From the NCBI RefSeq assembly GCF_001194135.2, contig NC_068997.1, positions 41,815,016 to 41,879,015 of the forward strand: 64,000 nt of DNA. The letters are read 5' to 3'. Within the stretch, counting starts at the first letter, position 1; every line of letters starts with the position of its first letter. The notes beneath the pieces were generated by a model. That model was given only the letters and a program-made list of their open reading frames with translations. It was not told the DNA's origin and ran no database searches. The DNA is from Octopus bimaculoides. Its lineage: Eukaryota. Shown here in pieces: positions 33,946 to 64,000 of this stretch. Both the position numbers and the translations under genes were made by a program.

Positions 33946-36847
33946 TTATCATAATAATAATGATAAATTGCAGGGCTAAAAAGATCATATAACAAGTCTA
34001 GAATACAAAAGTCTTTAAAGTGTAAAATCTATGGAGCAGCTGTAGAATGCTGTGAAATAATTGTGAATGCAGCAAAATTTGGAATTTCTGAAAGAGAATG
34101 AACAAGAGAGCTAAAACACTCTGATAATGACATAGAATACATGTTTGTGTATTTGTATGTGTGTATGTGTGTGTTCGTGTGTGTGTGTGTGTGTGTGTAC
34201 ATATAGACTTAAGACAATGGAAGAAAACTAATACACCTTGTTCATTATCTCTTTCTCAAATCTCTATACTTCCCCAAATTTTACTGATGACACTGAGTCA
34301 CACTGAATGTTTATATAAATACTTGACAGCCAATGAAAAAGCATTTCATTTTTATATGTGATGTCCCAATAATGAAGGCAGTTTCAAAATAAAGACTCCC
34401 AGTCTTTCTCTTGCCTGTCTCCAAATATTTATCTAACTGAAATCTGAAAATAAATCAAGATCAAAACCACTTGAATGTTTTTTGCATGTAAAAAAAAAAA
34501 AAAATTAAATAAAACAGATTTAAAAATACAAGAATAATAAAGATAATAGTAAGCAGAGTCTTATTTACAGAGGAGAAAATGGCAGAAAGGAGAACCATAG
34601 AAAGATAAAGTCTTCTCTTTCGGAGGAGATGTTTGGTAAATAACATGAGAGATTGTTCTGCAGTGGAGGGCAATTATTTTACTTTACAGAACTTTCACTG
34701 ACATTTCTATTTCAAGGCAACAGAGAACACTTGTTTGTAAGAAAATCAAGCTCTGTTTCAACTTGTTTCATCACAGGNNNNNNNNNNNNNNNNNNNNNNN
34801 NNTATTTCTGATGTGTTAAGCAGGGTTGAGGGAGGAGAATGAGAGACGATCAGAAAATTAAATAAAATAGCTACAGAAATATAATGAAGCACAGGAAGTT
34901 TTGTAGAACCAAAATTTCTAGCAATGTTTGTTGGATATAATAAATAAATTCCTGTACAAAAAGAATTATGTGTGCATGTGTGTGTGTCTGTATATGTGTG
35001 TGTGTGTGAGTGTGTGTGTGTGTGTGTGTGTGTACACATGTTTTCTCGCTTGTTGGGGATTATTTTTGTCTTCTTTTCTGTTTAAACTCTACAACTAAAT
35101 AAAACGAAAATTACTGGATTGAGAAAAGAAAATGAAATTAGTACATCATATCTCTTCAATCTATAAATTGTATATTGACTTTTTCAATGATATAATCCTT
35201 AGTGTGGTATATGTAGACAGATGGATCATTTTACCCCAACATCAAGGGAACATAATCCAGCAAACAGAGGTTCTGATGAAATCAATAGTTAACAGCAAAA
35301 CAAATACATCACTTAAAGTATATGTATCTCTCTCACATGCACACACATACAAACACTCACACGCATACACAGTTATTGGTTTGGTGGCAATAATGCTATA
35401 GGATTAGACTGTGGAGCAATTACATACGTTATAGGAATCAGATAAAAAGCAAGACAGAGTATATCTTCTTTTTCTACTATCTTTGTCAAGCTTAATACAG
35501 CAATGGAAAACTTTCCATCAAATAATATTGCAGTAACTGCTCCTACTATTTCTACTTTATCTGAAACCATTTTCGATCTTTTTCTTCTTTTTTTTTTTTT
35601 GATCATCCCTAATCAACAGCTTCAGAGTAATGCTTTGTTATAACCAGTCTTAAATGTTCCTCTTNNNNNNNNNNNNNNNNNNNNNNNNNNNNNNNNNNNN
35701 NNNNNNNNNNNNNNNNNNNNNNNNNNNNNNNNNNNNNNNNNNNNNNNNNNNNNNNNNNNNNNNNNNNNNNNNNNNNNNNNNNNNNNNNNNNNNNNNNNNN
35801 NNNNNNNNNNNNNNNNNNNNNNNNNNNNNNNNNNNNNNNNNNNNNNNNNNNNNNNNNNNNNNNNNNNNNNNNNNNNNNNNNNNNNNNNNNNNNNNNNNNN
35901 NNNNNNNNNNNNNNNNNNNNNNNNNNNNNNNNNNNNNNNNNNNNNNNNNNNNNNNNNNNNNNNNNNNNNNNNNNNNNNNNNNNNNNNNNNNNNNNNNNNN
36001 NNNNNNNNNNNNNNNNNNNNNNNNNNNNNNNNNNNNNNNNNNNNNNNNNNNNNNNNNNNNNNNNNNNNNNNNNNNNNNNNNNNNNNNNNNNNNNNNNNNN
36101 NNNNNNNNNNNNNNNNNNNNNNNNNNNNNNNNNNNNNNNNNNNNNNNNNNNNNNNNNNNNNNNNNNNNNNNNNNNNNNNNNNNNNNNNNNNNNNNNNNNN
36201 NNNNNNNNNNNNNNNNNNNNNNNNNNNNNNNNNNNNNNNNNNNNNNNNNNNNNNNNNNNNNNNNNNNNNNNNNNNNNNNNNNNNNNNNNNNNNNNNNNNN
36301 NNNNNNNNNNNNNNNNNNNNNNNNNNNNNNNNNNNNNNNNNNNNNNNNNNNNNNNNNNNNNNNNNNNNNNNNNNNNNNNNNNNNNNNNNNNNNNNNNNNN
36401 NNNNNNNNNNNNNNNNNNNNNNNNNNNNNNNNNNNNNNNNNNNNNNNNNNNNNNNNNNNNNNNNNNNNNNNNNNNNNNNNNNNNNNNNNNNNNNNNNNNN
36501 NNNNNNNNNNNNNNNNNNNNNNNNNNNNNNNNNNNNNNNNNNNNNATTGCATGTATGTATGTGCATATGCATGCAAAATATAAACTGAAAGAGTGGGGGG
36601 AGGGCACAGGTGAGCAATGGATAGAAACCAGCAATAGTAGCATATATAAACACCATTGTCCATTTAGGTCCACCTACAGATAAACACTGTAGACCTGTTA
36701 GGTGTTGAATGTAAACATCAGCTAATGAAACTCAAGTGTGTGTATTGTTTCTTTGTTTTGGGGGGTGGGGGGTTCCTAACATTTTGTTTTATGCTTCTTT
36801 TTTTTTTCATTTTGTTTTACTTTTTTTTTTTGCTTTTTCTTTTTTAA
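29220..36847 (-). other. Putative very long FoxK 3' UTR
   Basis: I saw no SINE or MITE copies over about 8 kb downstream of the stop. A minus-strand AATAAA (plus tttatt at 29239-29244) is followed by a U/GU-rich tract; another AATAAA is at 29581-29586. Confidence 0.5.
33878..33965. repeat. (AAT)n/(GAT)n microsatellite, representative of many simple repeats in the window, e.g. (CA)/(TA) at 4921-4977, (TA) at 48995-49062, (AAT) at 56116-56160
   Basis: Direct reading of the sequence. Confidence 0.95.
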
Positions 36848-57490
<20,643 letters not shown>

Positions 57491-60228
57491 TCAAACAAAG
57501 AAAATTTTGTTAATAAGCATTCTAATATTAAGTAACATTTTTTAAATAATTTATTTTAATATTTATTCTACATAAAGTTCTTTTGATTTAAGAGGTCAAT
57601 TTGTCATTGACTAAAACACTTGAATAAAAGCAATTTTCAAAAATTATTCCCTTCCTTTTTTTTCTTTTTCTTTTCTGTTTTCAGGAAAAATTATCTTCAG
57701 TTCAAAAAGAACAATTTCCAAAAGACACTTAGATACAGAACTGTTAAAATAATTACTTGAATAAACTAATGCTACACTCCAAATATTTTGAGGTTTGACC
57801 TATGAAAACTAAAATTTTAATATCAGTTTCTGGACAGAGATTTTATTTCAAAAGGTCATAAATAAATATATATAATTAAATGAATAAATAAAGCACAAGT
57901 CAGGAGACATACTTATTCCATACTGTCTATATCACTGATGTATTTTTTAAAAAGTTACCAAACCAATAACTTGCTTTCCTTCATATTTCTTTCTAATTTG
58001 GGCACAAAGCCAACAATTTTGAAAGGAGAGAGTAAATCAATGACACTGAACCCCCAGTACTTGACTGGTACTTCATTTTATCGTCTCTGGAAGCATGAAA
58101 GGTAACGTTGACATCAAAGGGATTTGAATTCTGAATGTAAAGAACTGAAACAAGGCCAGCAATTTTGGGGGAGGGGGTAAGTTGCTTACATCAATCCCAA
58201 TGTTCAACTGGTACTTATTATATCAAGTCTGAAAGGATGAAAGGCAAAATCAACCACGGCAGAATTTGAACTGAGAACATGAAGACAGACAAAATGCCAT
58301 TAAGCATTTTGCCTGGTATGCTAATGAGTTTGCTGTCTTAATTGGCACTAATATTGCAAAGCATTTTCGTCTGACACTGTAACAATTCTGTTAATTCACT
58401 GCTTTTCCCACTTCATTTAGTGGTGGTGATGGTGGTATTTACCAAAAGGGCAGTAGATATGGGCATATTATAAGGATAAATTTTTTTTAAAAACCATAGG
58501 GGTTTACATAGAATTGTAAAAAAAAAAATATAGCATAAAACAATATATGAAAGGAATGTAGTGAGAGTTTTTTGTTTTCAAATTCAATGTGGATTGTTCT
58601 TAAATATCTTTGAATTTAGCAGGAATTAAATTCAAATAGAATTCTGCAACACACCATACATTAGATGCAGAAGTATCTCTTTTCTAACACACAGATATCA
58701 TTTGTATTTCTAACTTCTGGATTTTTCTTTCCCCACTAATTTCCAGACTTCAGAAGTCAAAAAAAAAAAAAAAAACAGTTTTAGAGAAGAAACAGAAAGT
58801 CTAAATGTCTGAGATGAATTATAATCAATAAAATCATGAATTTTTTTGGCCTATTTACTTGATTTTCAAAGATAAACTTTTGAGTATTTACATCAGTACT
58901 GTTTTAATGAGAGACCTAACTAATCTAATAATAATTATAGGTGTATGTATTAAAAACAAATTATTATCTCCAAAGATTAGGTTAACAGTGCATAACAATC
59001 ATAATCTTAAGAGACTGAGGTCTCTGCATAGAGGTGCCAATCTCTAAAAGTAGAAGAACCCAGGAAGAGGTGGGACCAAGTGGTGAAAAATTATCTTCAG
59101 ATGTTGAACCTTACAGTGATGACAAAGGATCAAGAGGATGAGTGGTTTGCTGTACTTGAGAAGACTCATCCAGCCAAGTGAAATCAAGGCCATTAAAGGT
59201 ATCTGGTTTATGTTCATGCCTCTGCACAGAATCTGTCTTTTGTCAACCCTCTCCTGCACAACCCACCTTCCTAACACCTCCCTCACCACCACTACCACCC
59301 CACCCAAGTTCATCGTCCTTCACACTCTCACAATCCTACCCGCACATAATGTACTCCTGCTGAGTCTCTCCTCCACCAACCACACCTTCCATCTATTTGA
59401 CTCCACTCACTACATTCCCTCCCTTCAACCTCCCACAATCTCACAAACTTAACCACTCACTCACCCTATCCAATCCTTGATTCCACTTCAATCATATACA
59501 CCTCTCTTTAACCCAGTGGGTTTTCAACCATTTTTCTGTTTGCAAATCCCTTTGATTCCTATTTAACTGGGGTGGACTCCCATAGCCATTTCATGCTTAT
59601 AATTAATTATTAGCAATTGTATATATTAAAAAAAAGGCATTGTTAATTGTAGAAGTATAATGAATTTATTGCAGATAAACTTTAACAACAAAATCTTATA
59701 TGAACCCCCAAGGGCCATATGGACCCCAGCTGAAACCATTGCTTCAACTTGAGTGTACCCTCTTGTCATATCTTTTCCCTCTCTCTCTCTCTCTCTCTTT
59801 CCTTCTGAAATAACCATGTATCTCCTTTACTGCAAGACACCCATTTCTGTCCCTCAGGTCATACTAACTTCATCACCTGGCACATAGCCATCTCCCTCAA
59901 TGCTACTGCCCACTCAGTTGATGGGGTAATGTCTTGTAAGTCATTTGGTGACTTCATTGATGCTGGTGTCACATTAAAAGCAGCCAACACACTCTGTAAA
60001 GCAGTTAGCATTAGGAAGGACATCCAGCCATAGAAACTGTGAAAACAGACAGTAGAGTTTAGTGCGGTATTCTGACATGCCAGCTCTTCTCAAACCATCT
60101 GATCCATGCCAGCATGGAGAACAGACATTAGATGACAATGATTATTGTTTTAAAGCTACTGCTATAAATTCTTAAATTTTGAAGAATGCATGTAACTTTC
60201 AGCTCTTGAGTTACTTCTGCTAAATATT

Positions 60229-60264
<36 letters not shown>

Positions 60265-63099
60265 GTATGTATGTATGTAGACACACACACACACACACTG
60301 AAAATTGGCCAGCTTTAAATCTATGACTGTAACTTACTCACTCCCAGGTCAATACCATGAAGCAGACTTCTAATGAAAGATGTTCCAGCTATTACAATTC
60401 TGTCTAGCTTTTCAGATAGTGTATCTGGAACTATATTACCTAATTTGGTTGTTGATTTTATCTTTTACTTGTTTCAGTCATTTGATTGTGGCCATGCTGG
60501 TGCACCACCTTGATGCTTGGGTAATTTTTTTTTTTTAAGATAATAGGGTAAGATTTGATGGAAATTTGGCCACTGATTCTAACAACTAGAGCAACCCTCA
60601 AATGGTTTTCTTATTGATTTGGTGGGAGCAAACAATGGAACTAAGTCAATAAATGCCACAGAAATCTAGAATATACAGAATCAAGAGAAAAAGCATTAGA
60701 GTGGTGAACCCAAGATGAGCAGATGGAAATAAATCAGTCTAAAAGATGTGACTTAATCTTTTAGCATTTACACAGACCATATTAGGCCGAAATATTGCAC
60801 CTGTTTTATCTTCAGACTAGACAGATCTGGCCTTTCACATGTACCCTGCAATGTCATTCTAAAAATACACAATCACATCATCAAAATCCTAAATCTATGA
60901 GTTAATGAATGATAAATTCAAAACAATGTGAATAAATATACATTACATCTGACAGAATAATCTGAATGCTAAAGGGTTAAAGGAGATTTGGCTAATATTT
61001 CTGGTAAGTTAAACTACATGGTGGGCCCCCTTGTTAGCTCCTTTGTTAGCTAAGATATCTCTTGTAATGATGCAGACTGTTTTTATTCAACAAATTAAGA
61101 TAACTGATAACCAAGATAGAGTTTATATTTAACCATTTTATAACAGAAACTAGCATACAGACTAGCAACGAGACAATGATTGTGAAGGTCAAAGTGCTGG
61201 ACAACCAGCCACATTGTTCTTTACCACTTTTATTGTGCTGTTCTTTTGAACAAGGGCACTAACTAAAAAATTTTTTAAATAAATTTTTAAAAGGGGGGGG
61301 GGGGGAGAAATCAGACTTAACTCCCACTACAAAGATTAATGGAAGATGAACATTATCATCATCATCATCACCATTTAATGTCCGTTTCCATGCTGGCATG
61401 GGTTGGATAGTTTGACAGGAGCTGTATGATTTCCACGGATGGATGCCCTTCCTAACACCAACCACTTCTCAGAGTGTGCCGGGTGTGTTTTACGTGTCAC
61501 CAACAAATGGTTGAAAGTAGGGAGGAATGACAGAGATGGCAATCAGCCATGGAAAACCTGCTTCCAATTCTGTCTGACCCATGTAACCATAAAAAAATAG
61601 ACATAAAAGATGGGTGGGGTGCATGCGTGTGTGTTTTGTATATAAAAAACACATTGCTCAACAAATAAACCCTTCCATTCCATTAAATTCTACATGTATT
61701 TGTTTAGAGTAATTTTCTTTGCTGCATTTAATGTCGCCACAGATTGCAGCTTAAATGTTATCACCACTTTACTAGAATAACAACTGTGTTAATAAAAACT
61801 TTAGGTTTGTGATACTGACCTTGTTCCCCTACTAAGTGATGCCAAATTTTAAAAAGAGAACCTGATAGGGCTTTTCAAATTTTGTCTCATTAAAATGAGT
61901 GTTGAATAACAGTTAATTAGTCTGGATTTTCTAACAGAAACATTAAATGAGTGAGTCAGTTATATATATTTTAATTATATAATTAACAATAGTAAAAATT
62001 TCTAACTTTTGATACCAGGTCATAAATTTTATGGGAGAAATAGACTCAACTGAATCAACTCCAAAAAAATTTTAAAAACTGGTGCAAAAGATTTGGTGAT
62101 CATGTCTTTGATTACAAGTCCGTTTGATCAGAGCTGACCAAGGGCTAAACTCCAACTACTTATTTCTCAAACTCAAAGAGAAGAAAGGTAAAGTTAAATG
62201 CAAAGAAATTTGATCTCTAATTTAAAACCACAAAAGATTAAAACCAGTACTTTACTGTTTTCTCCAATTTAGCCCCTACTTCCTTTAATAATAATGATTT
62301 TTTAATGATAATCACATGGATACCAAATAAAAATTATCAAGCTGCTGCTGTTGAGTAGCTCCCAGTCAGTCCTGACTGAATACACAGGGGATCAAAAGTA
62401 TTTCAACCATGATTCGTTTTCCATGCACAGTGTATCCAATGTGTCCTTTGAAAAAAAGACTGTAAGGGTGGTTTGACTGTTATTTCCAACAGGTCAAGCA
62501 GCTATACCCAAACTTCTTTGTTAAAACCATTAGCATTCAGATTACTATGTCAAACGTAAAGCTTATTTATTCACATTATTTCAAATTAATCATGCATTAT
62601 CTTGTAACTTCAAGATTTCAGTGACATAGACTAACATTATAGGGCAGGTGTGAGAGGTTGGATCTGGCCAGTTTGAACATAAAACGGATAAACGATAAAA
62701 AAAGATAAGAGACTGTATAAAAGAACAGTAAAATGGAACTGCGAGCTTTGTGGGGGCTCATAAGCCATTTCATCCTTTCATTATAAATATTCCATCACAT
62801 ATTCAACATTCGTTACATGTACCCCACATTTTATGTTGTCTGTCCTTGTAATGTCCATTCTATGTCAGGGCTTTATGCCTAACTAAAGACAGGAGTTTGA
62901 ACATAAAACAAGTAGAATATTTTGGCCAGACATGGCCAGTATAAATGCTAAAGAGTTAAACAGTTAGTAGAAAAGAGAACTAGTACTGCCAGAGTTCAAA
63001 TCCATTCAGGGTTAATCTAGTGCCAACAAAATACTTATCAGTCATATACTGGGATTCAATTGAACCAACAAACTTAAAGCATTGTAGTAATGTAAGACT

Positions 63100-63530
63100 A
63101 CTATTGAAGACAGAGGAGTAGAAGTAGTACAACAGTGTCAACATAAGGTCACTATTAAAGGCAGTGGAATAGCAGTAGTACTACAACAGTGGTTCTCAAC
63201 AATTTTTTTACCTAAGGACCCCTTTGATTCTTATTTTACCCAAGTGGGCCCTCAGCCATTCAATGTTTAAAAAATCTTGTTACACTTATACAATTAAATA
63301 TTATCAGGAATTGTATTAAAAAATTGTTAGAATATTTTGTGTATATCTACAAAATCTAATATCAACCCCCAAGGGTCATATGGACCCTGACTGAGAACCA
63401 CTGTGCGCTACAGTATCAGTATAAGATCACTATTAAAAACAGTGAAGTAGCAATAGTAATATAGGGTCAATATTGAAAGCAGTGGAGCAGCAGTAATACT
63501 GCAGTATCAATGTGCTATTGAAGCCAGACA
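63100..63530. repeat. Degenerate ~40-55-bp tandem repeat (ctattRaagRcagtggagtagcagtagta...) interrupted by a hAT MITE
   Basis: The ctattRaa...cagtg...agcagtaRta motif recurs at about 63101, 63151, 63428 and 63469. Confidence 0.55.
63187..63403. mobile_element. hAT-type MITE (second copy at 59514-59741)
   Basis: 12-bp TIR cagtggttctca/tgagaaccactg. The 59514 copy has a degenerate 8-bp TSD (ctttaacc vs cttcaact). Confidence 0.7.
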
Positions 63531-63599
63531 TGATCATATTTTCAGCTCAATCAAAATTGCAGTGGATTTAGAAACTGTAGCAACATATATCTGTGCTAC

Positions 63600-64000
63600 A
63601 GTGATTACAGCAAAAAAGGGTTGCTGTTGATTATACAAAAGGTAAAATTAAGAAGAAGAGGTGAAAAAAATCTAATGACAAAAAGAGACTTGCTAACAAC
63701 CACATATTCTAATGGCATGCCATCTGTCATAAGAGACAAATTAATTTTCTGTCCACTAATGCTCAATAACATGGATGAAAATGGTACACCATTTGTGAAC
63801 CTCAATTGCAACAGTTAAATGGGTGATGTAGATCAGATGAATCAAACGATGATCTATTTGCTCAGTTGGTAGACTGGGTAATAAGTGGTGGCAATACTTG
63901 GTTATGACTAGAGTAAATATGAGCATCGTGGATGCTATATATCACAAATCAGAAGGAGCACAAAGTGATGCAACCATCTGCAGTTCAGAGCAGACGTAAC
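63600..64000 (+). mobile_element. piggyBac transposase fossil (C-terminal catalytic region, runs off the window)
   Basis: NS*MGDVDQMNQ (ATG at 63819) followed, after a frameshift, by NKWWQYLVMTRVNMSIVDA. This matches the piggyBac YNxxMGGVDxxDQ...KWW...NA motif. Confidence 0.7.

Noticed and set aside
35609-36673. Long X-filled ORFs here and at 4704-5375, 23256-23652 and 29968-30609
   Set aside because: These are artefacts of N gaps; only the 4769-4892 part is a real exon.

Overview
AT-rich, microsatellite- and SINE-dense metazoan genomic DNA with six assembly gaps. The repeat content suggests an octopus (cephalopod) genome; this is inferred, not verified. Two convergent intron-rich genes are present, both 5'-truncated by the window edges. 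(1) On the + strand, 12 coding exons (290-20746, about 566 aa) of selenoprotein O (SELENOO, pseudokinase-fold AMPylase). It ends ...PPSWAYDIRVS-[TGA=Sec]-S-S-TAA, so the ORF track stops one selenocysteine too early. (2) On the - strand, 6 coding exons (57422-36848, about 460 aa) of a FoxK forkhead transcription factor. It is followed by an about 8 kb transposon-free stretch that is probably a very long 3' UTR. Introns and the intergenic region hold tRNA-derived SINEs, RTE/CR1/Penelope retroelement fragments, a young Gypsy-type solo LTR, mariner and piggyBac transposase fossils, and piggyBac-, hAT- and Tigger-type MITEs. The most notable items are these. A perfect 20-bp long-range inverted repeat lies just after the SELENOO stop, and I found no canonical SECIS by eye. 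Cys-bearing tandem repeats in the Sec exon also duplicate its splice acceptor. An inverted young SINE pair in one SELENOO intron is a candidate ADAR substrate. A 42-bp inverted, apparently templated duplication sits at the 5' junction of an RTE insertion. There is no CRISPR array, rRNA or true tRNA gene.
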